From an uncultured Rhodopirellula sp. (GTDB lineage Bacteria; Planctomycetota; Planctomycetia; Pirellulales; Pirellulaceae), in assembly GCA_964007735.1 (NCBI GenBank), contig CAXGAI010000005.1:1-64000 (forward strand): a stretch of DNA of 64,000 bases, given 5' to 3'. The notes below the pieces were generated by a model that saw nothing but the letters and a program-made list of their open reading frames with translations, searched no databases and was not told where the DNA came from. Of the stretch, positions 35,533-45,252 are shown piece by piece (the stretch's first letter is position 1; every line of letters begins with the position of its first letter). The translations under genes were made by a program, and so were the position numbers.

Positions 35533-38475
35533 ATGCCCTTAAGATCTTTCACACGTCGTTCCTTAACGATTCTTTTGTTGCTTGCTTTCGGGTTCGCCAT
35601 TCTAGGGGCGAGGCAGCAGGAAGCTACTTCCGTCAAAATCTGGAAATCGAAGGAAGATTTCGCACAGTGGAAACCCCTGGCTCAAGTTGAATTGGAGGTA
35701 ACTACTAAGGGGCTAATATTAACTTCAATCGGTGGCGATCCCCATATGATTGCAGATATTTCAGGCCCCGCCGGATGGAAGAAAATAATTATCAAAGCGG
35801 CATTTAGGGGAACGTTGAATAGCCAGATTTTCTGGACAACGACAAAGAATCCGGGGACGAGTGAAGGTCGTTCGATTCGTTTCAAGATGGCCGGACGTGG
35901 TGGAAGTGTTGGGACTTACGAAACGTACTTTTACACAGAGGACCCACTTGCTGCCTTACGAATCGATCCGGATTCGAGAGAAATGACAATGCGTTTTGAG
36001 TCGATTGAAGTGGTGGCTTCTGATGCTCCACCGGCGGAACAGGCGACAGATCCCAATGGATTGGTAATAAAGGATGGATTTCAAGTCGAACTGCTTTACT
36101 CAGTGCCTAAAGCACAGCAGGGATCCTGGGTGAGTTTGACGGCTGATAATAGGGGCAGATTAATCGTTTGCGACCAATACGGTGGGTTGTTCCGCGTCAC
36201 TCCGCCGCCGGTAGGTGAAAGAGGCGACGTGAAGCTCGAGAAGATCAATGTTGACCTGGGGGAAGCTCAGGGGCTTCTGTATGCATTTGATGCATTGTAT
36301 GTTGTTGTGAACCATGGAGGGAAATACGACTCAGGCTTGTATAAAGTAACGGACTCTGATGGCGATGATCAGTTCGATCAAGTTTCTGTCCTTAAGCTTT
36401 TGCCGGGTCGAGGTGGTGAACATGGTCCTCACAGTATCGTCCTGTCACCGGATAAGAAATCCCTCTATGTGGTAGCTGGAAACAACACAACACTACCGGA
36501 AGGAATTCGCCACTATCGTCTTCCGAATAACTGGGACGAAGACCAGTTGCTGCCCCGGCAGCCCTGTAGTAATGGTCATAACACCAATGTGTTGGCGCCC
36601 GGTGGATGGGTTTGTCAGGTTTCACCAGATGGCAAAGACTGGGACTTGATGGCTGCTGGGTTTAGAAACCCCTTTGATATTGCATTTAACAAAGATGGCG
36701 AATTGTTTACCTATGATGCTGATATGGAAATGGATGTAGGTACTCCCTGGTATCGCCCTACACGAATCTGCCATGTCGTAAGCGGAGGTGAGTTTGGTTG
36801 GCGATTTGGCACCGGAAAGTGGTTGCCTTATTTTACAGATAACCTACCACCGGTGGTCGATGTTGGTCAGGGTTCACCGACGGGAATCACGTTTGGATAC
36901 GGTGCTGATTTCCCGGAATATTGGCAAGACACTTTGTTTGTCAGTGATTGGACTTACGGTAAGCTTTACAGCGTTAAATTAAGCCCTGAGGGAAGCAGTT
37001 ATTCGGGTGAGTTGAATGAGTTTCTGACAGGCATCCCATTGCCTTTGACGGACGTTATCGTCAATCCATATGACAGGGCGATGTACATTACGATTGGTGG
37101 CCGTCGCACACAATCAGGGCTTTATCGTGTGACCTACATTGGTAACGAAGAAGACGTGCTGGTCGAGAAGGAATCGAAGGAAACGATAGATCTGCGAGCT
37201 AAACGTCATGAGCTTGAGCAATTTCATGGTGCTGAAGCTACCCGACAAATCAGCAAAGTCTGGAAGGCGTTAAGCCATCCGGATCGTCATATCCGTTATG
37301 CGGCCCGCATAGCTTTAGAGCATCAGCCTCTTGAGCAGTGGGCTGCTCAAGCATTACAGCAGACTCGCCCTGATTCAGCAATTCAAGCATTATTAGCGTT
37401 GCTTCGCACTGGCGACGATGTCCAAAAATTGGCTGCCATCGAAAAGCTGATGATACTCGATACTCGGAGGATGGACGCGAGACAACAGCTTGATTGGTTA
37501 CGAGCGTTAAATGTTGGTTTTGCTCGAACGGATGGTGTGGATGATGGCAGTAAAGAACAGCTCGGAGAGATTGTTCAGAATCTACTCCCTGTAGACGATG
37601 GAAACCTCAATCACGAAGTTTGCCGCATGCTGGTTTATCTTCGTAAGCCTAGTGCGATTGCGACATTTGTTCCACAGATGCAGTCTGCTCGAACCCAGGA
37701 AGATCTTCTCTTTTATGGCATGACGTTGCGTGTTGCCGAGGAAGGTTGGACTAACAGCAGTCACGAGACATATTTAGGTCGTATGAATGATGCTGAACAG
37801 GCTGCTGCTTTGGGAGATTTTATTGGCGGCGGGCATTATCAAATCTATGTTCAACGCATGCGTGAAGATTTTGTTATGGGGCTATCTGCACCTCAGCAGG
37901 AGAAACTGGACGATTTCATTCACGCCGAAATCCAAAGTGCCGTTCCCACGGGTTCTCCAACCCCACGCAAGTTCATCAAGAACTGGAAGATGGATGATTT
38001 GCTAAGCTCTGCAACCAACCTTCCAGCAGGCCGTTCTTATGAGATTGGCAAGCGAATGTTTACGACGGCGACGTGCATTCAATGTCATAGATTTGGTAAT
38101 ATCGGAGGCATTCTTGGTCCTGATATTACCGGTGCTGCTCGGCGTTACAGCCCTCAGGTGCTGTTGCGGGAAATTATCGAGCCGTCGGTGCAGGTTTCGG
38201 ACCAGTTTAAGACGCATTCGATTATCACCCTCGAAGGGAAAATCTATCAAGGGAGGATTTTGGATCAGAACGATGAGCAGTTAACGGTTGCCATTGACCC
38301 TAAGGCTCCATCGGCGGTCATTCAAATCAAAGCCGATAACATTGACGAAATCTTACCGAGTAAGACTTCGATGATGCCTTTAGGGTTGCTAAACACGTTG
38401 ACTCGTGAGGAAATCCTTGATTTGCTGGCTTATATCCAGGCTGGTGGAGATCCCGAACATGCATTGTTTGAATGA
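35533..38475 (+). CDS. Exported PVC-type protein: beta-propeller (glucose/sorbosone dehydrogenase-like), helical repeats and C-terminal cytochrome c
   Basis: Signal peptide, GFQVELLY, GFRNPFD, WYRPTR, GSPTG, CIQCHR..N.GG.LGPD and SMMP.GL. Confidence 0.85.
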   Translation: MPLRSFTRRSLTILLLLAFGFAILGARQQEATSVKIWKSKEDFAQWKPLAQVELEVTTKGLILTSIGGDPHMIADISGPAGWKKIIIKAAFRGTLNSQIFWTTTKNPGTSEGRSIRFKMAGRGGSVGTYETYFYTEDPLAALRIDPDSREMTMRFESIEVVASDAPPAEQATDPNGLVIKDGFQVELLYSVPKAQQGSWVSLTADNRGRLIVCDQYGGLFRVTPPPVGERGDVKLEKINVDLGEAQGLLYAFDALYVVVNHGGKYDSGLYKVTDSDGDDQFDQVSVLKLLPGRGGEHGPHSIVLSPDKKSLYVVAGNNTTLPEGIRHYRLPNNWDEDQLLPRQPCSNGHNTNVLAPGGWVCQVSPDGKDWDLMAAGFRNPFDIAFNKDGELFTYDADMEMDVGTPWYRPTRICHVVSGGEFGWRFGTGKWLPYFTDNLPPVVDVGQGSPTGITFGYGADFPEYWQDTLFVSDWTYGKLYSVKLSPEGSSYSGELNEFLTGIPLPLTDVIVNPYDRAMYITIGGRRTQSGLYRVTYIGNEEDVLVEKESKETIDLRAKRHELEQFHGAEATRQISKVWKALSHPDRHIRYAARIALEHQPLEQWAAQALQQTRPDSAIQALLALLRTGDDVQKLAAIEKLMILDTRRMDARQQLDWLRALNVGFARTDGVDDGSKEQLGEIVQNLLPVDDGNLNHEVCRMLVYLRKPSAIATFVPQMQSARTQEDLLFYGMTLRVAEEGWTNSSHETYLGRMNDAEQAAALGDFIGGGHYQIYVQRMREDFVMGLSAPQQEKLDDFIHAEIQSAVPTGSPTPRKFIKNWKMDDLLSSATNLPAGRSYEIGKRMFTTATCIQCHRFGNIGGILGPDITGAARRYSPQVLLREIIEPSVQVSDQFKTHSIITLEGKIYQGRILDQNDEQLTVAIDPKAPSAVIQIKADNIDEILPSKTSMMPLGLLNTLTREEILDLLAYIQAGGDPEHALFE

Positions 38476-38487
38476 AGTCAGGATTTT

Positions 38488-39285
38488 TTAGTCGTGGATA
38501 ACATCTTCCGGTGGAAAGACCCCCAAAACGCGTTGCGAGTAATCGATGCATGAACCGGTAAGGATTCCGGAATCATCGCTAATGAGATAATTCACTAGCT
38601 TGGCGACATCATCTGGTTTGAGGAGCCGCCCAAACGGTGAGGCGGCTTCGGCAGTTTCCAGCCAATCTTCCGGACTTCCCTGGGCTTGTTGGACGACGTG
38701 TTCCTTAGGAGTATCTGTCCACCCCAGGTTAATCCCGTTGACTCTGATTTGATGACGCCGTAATGCATGGGCATTGTTCTTTGTGAGCGTTCTTAGTGCA
38801 CCTTTGGTTGTGCTATATGAGCAGAGGATGTCCATCCCGCAGAAACCTGCAACGGAGAGGATATTGACGATGGATCCGGCGATCTTTTCACGTTGCATGA
38901 TCTTGACACATTCCTGTGTTAGTAGGAACGGAGCACGAACGTTGACATTCATCTGATAATCCCAGAATTCGACAGTGGTTGCTTCGATGGTGCCACGATG
39001 AGTATCTGCCGCACTATTGACCAATCCGTCGACCCTTCCCCATTTCGCATCACACTGTGCGACAATTCTGCGACATTGTTCCGGATCAGCTAGCTCGGCT
39101 GCTACAAAAATGGCCTCGGCTCCCAGAGCTTCGACAGCTGTCTTAACAGCTTCGCCACGTTGTGTATCGCGTCCGGTAATGACAATGCCACCGGCCCCGT
39201 TTTTAGCAGCTTCGAGAGCACATGACTCGCCAACTCCTGATGTACTTCCGGTGATGATAATGACTTTGTCTTTGACGCATGTCAT
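38488..39285 (-). CDS. SDR family oxidoreductase
   Basis: TGSTSGVG, NSAA, YSTTK and IRVNGI. Confidence 0.92.
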   Translation of the reverse strand: MTCVKDKVIIITGSTSGVGESCALEAAKNGAGGIVITGRDTQRGEAVKTAVEALGAEAIFVAAELADPEQCRRIVAQCDAKWGRVDGLVNSAADTHRGTIEATTVEFWDYQMNVNVRAPFLLTQECVKIMQREKIAGSIVNILSVAGFCGMDILCSYSTTKGALRTLTKNNAHALRRHQIRVNGINLGWTDTPKEHVVQQAQGSPEDWLETAEAASPFGRLLKPDDVAKLVNYLISDDSGILTGSCIDYSQRVLGVFPPEDVIHD

Positions 39286-39469
39286 GGCTGTTAATACCTC
39301 GTCGTTAAACTTGAAAACGATCTCAATTATTTGGATGCCTATTCATTTTACTGGCTATTGGCCTACAAAACAGTCAGGGTAAATTCAGAGTATTTCGAAG
39401 TTGAATGTCTTATAATGAACGGGAAGTTCCAAAGGTAAATGTGTTATTGCTTTTCGAAGGGAGCACTTT

Positions 39470-40792
39470 ATGTCAAAGAATCCTAATAAATTGAACCGTC
39501 GTCACTTCAACGCTGCAGTTGGGGCATCGATGATTGGTTCAGGAGTGTTTGTCAATCCGGCACCAGCACAGGAATCAACTTCTCCCAATGAGCGACTTAA
39601 TTTAGCCGCTATTGGCGTGACAGGGAGAGCTGCCGGGAATATCAAAGGCTGTGCAACTCAAAATATGATTGCCATGGTCGACATTGATTCCAAGCTGTTA
39701 GAAACTGGGACTCAGGCCTTTCCTAACGCACGTAAGTATACGGATTTCCGTGTGATGCTGGAAAAGGAAGCGGAGAAAATCGATGGTGTGATTGTCAGTA
39801 CACCTGATCACACTCATGCTCCTGCCGCAGCAATGGCTCTGCGAATGAAGAAGCATGTTTATTGTGAAAAGCCGCTAACACATACCGTCTATGAGGCGAG
39901 AACTCTGGCCAATATTGCCAAAGCGAACCAACTGAAAACCCAGATGGGTACGCAGATTCATGCTTTGGGGAATTATCGACGTGTTGTGGAATTGGTTCAG
40001 TCGGGAGGCATTGGAAAGGTTAACCGTGTTCATGTATGGGCTAATGCTGTTTATACGGGAGCCAAGTTTGTAAAGACCGAGAAGCCGGAACATGTTGATT
40101 GGGATTTGTGGTTAGGTCCGGCTCCACAACGGGATTACTGTGCTGATATCCATCCATTCAATTGGCGTAAGTTCTGGGATTATGGTCGTGGCTCATTAGG
40201 TGATTTCGGTTGTCACTACATGGATCTAGCACATTGGGCTTTAGAGCTGCGAAATCCATTAGCGGTCAAGGCCAAGGGCCCCGAGGTTGATCCTGTGAGT
40301 ACTCCAGCGTGGTGTATTGTGGATTATCAATATCCCAGCCGGGGAAAGAAGCCTCCGGTGCATCTGACATGGTATGACAGCGGCAAGCGTCCCAAGGAAA
40401 TTGAAGGATTGAAAGACTTGGCTGGTAATCCGATTGCACCATGGGGTGGTGGGCAGTTGTTTATTGGAACGAAGGGGATGATCCTTTCGAACTATTCTCA
40501 ACACATGGTCCTTTCACCGGAAGGTCGTCAGATTGAGCACAAGGCTCCGGACCCATGGATTTCGGATTCGATTGGTCATCACAATGAATGGTTACAAGCT
40601 ATTCGAGACGATGGCGACACCACTTGCAACTTCGATTATTCTGGTGCGTTAACCGAATCAGTACTATTGGGTACCGTTGCGTATCAGAGCGGCGAGCAAC
40701 TGGAATGGAATAGCAAAAAACTGCAAGTAACCAATTCCAAGCGAGCCCAACAGTTGATTCATAAGGAGTACCGCAAAGGTTGGGTATTGTAA
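39470..40792 (+). CDS. Tat-exported Gfo/Idh/MocA oxidoreductase
   Basis: LNRRHF leader, STPDHTH, HVYCEKP, WDLWLGPAP and GDFGCHYMD. Confidence 0.92.
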   Translation: MSKNPNKLNRRHFNAAVGASMIGSGVFVNPAPAQESTSPNERLNLAAIGVTGRAAGNIKGCATQNMIAMVDIDSKLLETGTQAFPNARKYTDFRVMLEKEAEKIDGVIVSTPDHTHAPAAAMALRMKKHVYCEKPLTHTVYEARTLANIAKANQLKTQMGTQIHALGNYRRVVELVQSGGIGKVNRVHVWANAVYTGAKFVKTEKPEHVDWDLWLGPAPQRDYCADIHPFNWRKFWDYGRGSLGDFGCHYMDLAHWALELRNPLAVKAKGPEVDPVSTPAWCIVDYQYPSRGKKPPVHLTWYDSGKRPKEIEGLKDLAGNPIAPWGGGQLFIGTKGMILSNYSQHMVLSPEGRQIEHKAPDPWISDSIGHHNEWLQAIRDDGDTTCNFDYSGALTESVLLGTVAYQSGEQLEWNSKKLQVTNSKRAQQLIHKEYRKGWVL

Positions 40793-40902
40793 TCCCGGCT
40801 TTTTTGGCGAGGTAATTGAAGCGCCAATGGGATTTGATAAAATCGAGATAACTTAAAATATTCAGGATTTACTCTGAAAACATAAAGGTAGGAGAAGTAC
40901 CA

Positions 40903-41640
40903 ATGAAGTTTGTTTCAAAGGTCATTAGTTTTGTAATTTTAGTAGCTGGCAGTGTGACAGTGGTCAATGCTCAGGAAGAAGGCGTTGCGATCGAGTATTC
41001 AGATGCTGATAAAGCTCGCATCGCTCAGATTCAAGAAGCCGGTGCTTCTGTTCTGGAGGTTGCTCAAAACGACAATCGTTTGAATATCGCATTTCATCTG
41101 GCTTCAGGTGAAATTGGAAATGAACAGATTGCGAGTGTTAAAGATCTCGGTTTTATTCTTTCACTCAACCTGCGAGGTACCAAGCTGAATGATGAAGGTG
41201 CTGCAAATCTTACCGGATTGAAAGGGCTCGAGCGGCTGCATTTGGAAAAGACAGAATTGACGGATGCAGGTCTAAAGCATTTGTTAGCATTGGAAAACCT
41301 TTCTTATCTCAACGTTTACGGGACGAAAGTAACCGATGCATCGATCGAGGATATCGTCAAAATTAAGTCGCTCAAGAAAGTATATATCTGGGAAACAGGT
41401 ATCACGATCGAAGGAGTTGCCAAGTTGAAAGCTGCTCGTCCTGACCTGAAGATCATTCCAGACCTTGTTGTTGAAAAAGCCAAAGCTGAAGCTGAAGCAA
41501 AACGCAAGGCTGAAGAAGAAGCGGCTAAGAAGAAGGCTGAAGAAGAAGCAGCTAAGAAGAAGGCTGAAGAAGAAGCAGCTAAGAAGGCCGAAGAAGAAGC
41601 AGCCAAGAAGGCTGAAGAAGCCAAACAAGAAGCAAGTTAA
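40903..41640 (+). CDS. Exported leucine-rich-repeat protein with C-terminal KKAEEEAA charged helix
   Basis: Signal peptide; LNLRGTKLND, LHLEKTELTDAGL and LNVYGTKVTD repeats. Confidence 0.85.
   Translation: MKFVSKVISFVILVAGSVTVVNAQEEGVAIEYSDADKARIAQIQEAGASVLEVAQNDNRLNIAFHLASGEIGNEQIASVKDLGFILSLNLRGTKLNDEGAANLTGLKGLERLHLEKTELTDAGLKHLLALENLSYLNVYGTKVTDASIEDIVKIKSLKKVYIWETGITIEGVAKLKAARPDLKIIPDLVVEKAKAEAEAKRKAEEEAAKKKAEEEAAKKKAEEEAAKKAEEEAAKKAEEAKQEAS
41506..41621. repeat. 27/24-bp coding tandem repeat (AAGGCTGAAGAAGAAGCAGCTAAGAAG)
   Basis: Direct read; encodes KAEEEAAK(K) units. Confidence 0.85.
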
Positions 41641-41664
41641 GCATACAGGCAAAATAGATGGAGC

Positions 41665-41709
41665 AACCGCAGGCGAACTTAATACGAAGTGCGTCTGCGG
41701 TTTTTCTTT
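41665..41709 (+). terminator. Intrinsic terminator
   Basis: Stem AACCGCAGGCG...CGTCTGCGGTT followed by a T-rich tract. Confidence 0.75.
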
Positions 41710-41727
41710 ATAGATGGAGAATAGAAA

Positions 41728-42504
41728 ATGGCGTTACCAGGAATTAAACAGTTCGAAATGACGGGCCGCACCGCTATTGTCACGGGAGGTTCTAAAGGAC
41801 TTGGTAAGGCAATGGCGGCTGGTTTGGCATCTGCTGGGTCGGATGTACTGCTTATTAGCCGCAATCAGGAAGAAGCCGACGCTGCAGCAAATGAGATCAT
41901 GGCTGATCACGGGGTTCGTGCGATCGGTCTCAAGGCCGATGTGACATGCGAAGATGATGTCAACGCAGTGGTGGAGAAATGCATCAGTGAGTTCGGTAAA
42001 GTGGATGTATTGATTAATAATGCGGGTATCAATATTCGTGGCCCGATTGATGAACTTTCCTTTGAAGATTTTCAGCAAGTTATGGATGTCAACGTCAATG
42101 GTGTATGGCGAATGGCTCAAGCTGTCGTACCTCATATGAAGAAGGCAGGTTACGGTCGTATTGTGAACTTGGCGAGCACACTTGGTTTGGTTGGCCTGTC
42201 GAATCGAACTCCTTATACTTCGAGTAAGGGCGCTGTTGCTCAAATGACTCGGGCTCTGGGGCTCGAGCTTGCCGAATTTGGAATTACTTGTAACGCGATT
42301 TGCCCTGGGCCATTTCTCACGCCGATGAATGTCCCGATTAAAGACGATGAGCAAACGAAGAAGTTCATTGTTGGGGCGGTTGCCTTAGAGCGTTGGGGTG
42401 AGATGGAAGAGATTCAAGGAGCCGCTATTTTTCTTTCGAGTAATGCTTCTAGTTATATGACTGGAAGCATGCTGGTCGTCGACGGAGGTTGGACCGCACG
42501 GTAG
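41728..42504 (+). CDS. SDR family oxidoreductase (gluconate 5-dehydrogenase-like)
   Basis: TGGSKGLG, NNAGINIR, YTSSK, NAICPG and VDGGWTA. Confidence 0.92.
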   Translation: MALPGIKQFEMTGRTAIVTGGSKGLGKAMAAGLASAGSDVLLISRNQEEADAAANEIMADHGVRAIGLKADVTCEDDVNAVVEKCISEFGKVDVLINNAGINIRGPIDELSFEDFQQVMDVNVNGVWRMAQAVVPHMKKAGYGRIVNLASTLGLVGLSNRTPYTSSKGAVAQMTRALGLELAEFGITCNAICPGPFLTPMNVPIKDDEQTKKFIVGAVALERWGEMEEIQGAAIFLSSNASSYMTGSMLVVDGGWTAR

Positions 42505-42508
42505 TCTG

Positions 42509-43642
42509 ATGTACTCGATAAAAATACTGGCGTTCAAACGGCTGTTTTTTCGTAGCCTGTGTTTGCAGTGGATGGTGTTAGATTCCTTGCTGGGACAACA
42601 GGGGCACGAAACTCGTGCGAGTCAGACGATCAATGCGTCCCTACGCCAGGAGATCTCGCAGGCGAAGTTGCAGATGCTGTTTGATGGTGAGACAGTGACT
42701 CAAGCAGAGCAATGGCATACGCGTTTCTCCGGGAAGTTAAGAGAATTAGTGGGTTCAACCAGTCCGCCGAAACATTGGGAAACCGTGATGGTGGGTGGAA
42801 AGAGAATGGAGGATTACACGCGTTATGAGATTATTCTCAAAGCGAATGGTGTTCCCGATCTTCCAGTCTATCTGCTCATTCCTGGTGATGGAGTGTCTCG
42901 GGGAAGACCTGCGGTGGTGGCTATACATGGGCATGGAGATTTTGGGCATCATGCGGTGGCGGGTCGAGCGGATCTGCCCGGTGTAGCAGCTGATATTGAA
43001 CGCGCCAATTATGACTATGGTTTGCAATTTGTTCGTCGTGGCTATGTTGTGGTCTGTCCCTGTTTGATCCCGTTTGGTGATCGAGTTGAAAAAGATCGAT
43101 ATGGTTCGGACCCCTGTGCCGTGACTTTTGTACGCATGATGGCAGTTGGGCGGGTACCCATGGCAGAAAATGTGCGGGATATTCGCTGGTCCGTCAGCTT
43201 CCTTCAAAGTCGGTCGGAAGTCGACCCCGATAAAATTGGTTGTGCTGGCTTGTCATATGGTGGTCGTATGACCATGATGGCGACAGCCATGGAACCTCGT
43301 ATTAAAGTCGCAGCAATCAGTGGTGCTCTGAATCTGTTACAGGAACGGGCATTGCTACGTTACAGTTGTGGCCTGCAGATCATTCCTAGTTTGTTGGAAT
43401 ATGGAGATTACAGCGAGATAGGTAGTTTGATTGCTCCCCGACCTGCTGTTTGGGAAATGGGAGATAAAGACGCTTTGATTGTCGGTGATGGCTGGGATAC
43501 AAAGTTTAAGCAAAGATTGGACCGTATCTATAAAGCCTATGGCCAGTCAGAGAATCTGCACTACGATCATTTCGACGGAGGTCATCGTTGGAATGGAGAT
43601 GTCGCATTCCCACTCTTTGATCAAGTGCTTAAGGGTGAGTAG
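42509..43642 (+). CDS. Alpha/beta hydrolase (dienelactone hydrolase/acetyl-xylan esterase-like)
   Basis: PAVVAIHGHG, nucleophile elbow GLSYGG, LIAPRP and GGH. Confidence 0.85.
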   Translation: MYSIKILAFKRLFFRSLCLQWMVLDSLLGQQGHETRASQTINASLRQEISQAKLQMLFDGETVTQAEQWHTRFSGKLRELVGSTSPPKHWETVMVGGKRMEDYTRYEIILKANGVPDLPVYLLIPGDGVSRGRPAVVAIHGHGDFGHHAVAGRADLPGVAADIERANYDYGLQFVRRGYVVVCPCLIPFGDRVEKDRYGSDPCAVTFVRMMAVGRVPMAENVRDIRWSVSFLQSRSEVDPDKIGCAGLSYGGRMTMMATAMEPRIKVAAISGALNLLQERALLRYSCGLQIIPSLLEYGDYSEIGSLIAPRPAVWEMGDKDALIVGDGWDTKFKQRLDRIYKAYGQSENLHYDHFDGGHRWNGDVAFPLFDQVLKGE

Positions 43643-45251
43643 TTGCTTGCTTACGTTCGTAATAACTAAATATTAACGTGTTACTCAAGGGGACCGTTTT
43701 CAGCTGGTAGTTGCTAACAAACAACGGTGCTTCTGCGATCTCCTGATCAGACAAGAACCAGACAATGTTTACTTTCTTTTCGTTGGCAGTATGAGCAACC
43801 GTACCTTCTGCCGGTCCCAGAATGATGTAGTTCGGGTGACGCGAGAGCACGTATTGTCCGTCTCCTTTGCTATGGCCTGGAAACTGTTGCCAGTGGGTCC
43901 GTATTGGGAAATCATGGCGTTTGGCAATCGTACGATCATTCAGGCCAAGCATATCGATGAAGTAGTGATCAGGAGCAAAGTAGGCAACGGCACCTGCGGA
44001 GTTGGTTGCAATGACTGTTTGGGGGGGGAAGTTTTTGGAAATATAGCTTCCGACTTGTTTACCTATAGCTGCTGCCGGATCGGCACGCCGAGCGTTCTGC
44101 ATGCGTTCTTCTACAACTAGGAACTGACTCAAACTCAGAGCGATCAGAACCGTCGGTACCAGAACCCATTGTCTGAACGTTGCGGTGTCTGCTTGTGATG
44201 ACCATGTATGAGCGATGAACCAGGCATACATGGGAATCAATGGTGCCCAGAATCTATAAGCCGGCATGTGATCGCCACCAGTCCAGACTATATAAATGGT
44301 GGCAATCAGGCTGATTGCTGTCATATATTTCCAGCTGATCGTTCTTCGGTCAGCTTGTTTGAAAAGTGTATAGCTCCAGCTTGCCAATGCCAGTACTACA
44401 GTCCAGGGGGCTGAGCGCAGAAATGTATGCAAGTAATAGAAGCCATCTTGAAGACGTTTCCCAAGTGGCGTTCCTAGTTTTGCATAAAAAGTGTTGGGAA
44501 ATATATCTCCGTAGTATTGCCATCGCCAAACGAAGTAAGGCATATAAAGGACGCTAAATACAAGCAATATACAAAGTGAGATCTTCCTTGACTTGTAGCT
44601 CAGCAGCCCTGTCGTTAGGGTGATGGCCACAAACAGAGCCGCTTCGGGCCGGGTGAGAGTGCAAAGTCCCAGCAGCAGTCCGACCGTAACCGCTTTGGCC
44701 ATGGACTGATTGTGTTCGAATGTTGTGAATAGATAAGTGGCTGCCATCAGCAACAACATATACAACGGTGTTTCCAGTCCTCCCAGACTCCAGGCAATAG
44801 TTATAAAGGCAGTTGGGATGGTGCCCATGAGAATCATCATTTTGGTGAGTCGGCGAATTTGATTCGATTCAGTTTTGTAACTGTAATAAACAATCGTGAT
44901 CCAGATGGCGAGATAGGAGCAAAGCCCTACGATTCGCGCGGATACTTCCGGTGAAATGCCGATTTTTTGCAGTGGGGCTAATACTGCCAGATGTAGAAAA
45001 CTTGTATAACCTTCTACTCGTTCGTTGGGATTCCAGACCGGCCCATTTCCGGATTGCCATTGATTGGCATAACGCAAAGTGATGTAGGCGTCGTCATGAA
45101 AGAATGGTCTGTGTGTGCGAACTCCCAAATAGGCAATGCTAGCCATTAATAGACAGAAGACGAGGGTGCACCGTTTCTTAAGCGAAGAGCGTGCATAGGG
45201 CTCCTCGACCGTTGGGAAACTCGTTTCGGCGATGTCGTCGGGCATTGCCAT
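43629..45251 (-). CDS. GT-C fold membrane glycosyltransferase (AftB/ArnT-like)
   Basis: DDAYITLRYA, G.G.VWN..ERVEGYTS, GLETPL, LTRPEA, YYGD..PNTFYAK and DMLGL. Confidence 0.75.
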   Translation of the reverse strand: MAMPDDIAETSFPTVEEPYARSSLKKRCTLVFCLLMASIAYLGVRTHRPFFHDDAYITLRYANQWQSGNGPVWNPNERVEGYTSFLHLAVLAPLQKIGISPEVSARIVGLCSYLAIWITIVYYSYKTESNQIRRLTKMMILMGTIPTAFITIAWSLGGLETPLYMLLLMAATYLFTTFEHNQSMAKAVTVGLLLGLCTLTRPEAALFVAITLTTGLLSYKSRKISLCILLVFSVLYMPYFVWRWQYYGDIFPNTFYAKLGTPLGKRLQDGFYYLHTFLRSAPWTVVLALASWSYTLFKQADRRTISWKYMTAISLIATIYIVWTGGDHMPAYRFWAPLIPMYAWFIAHTWSSQADTATFRQWVLVPTVLIALSLSQFLVVEERMQNARRADPAAAIGKQVGSYISKNFPPQTVIATNSAGAVAYFAPDHYFIDMLGLNDRTIAKRHDFPIRTHWQQFPGHSKGDGQYVLSRHPNYIILGPAEGTVAHTANEKKVNIVWFLSDQEIAEAPLFVSNYQLKTVPLSNTLIFSYYERKQATTHP

Positions 45252-45252
45252 A

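Noticed and set aside
41284..41713. Phe/Ser-rich, Ala/Ser-rich and Lys/Arg-rich overlapping ORFs
   Set aside because: Alternate-frame shadows of the KAEEEAAK repeat
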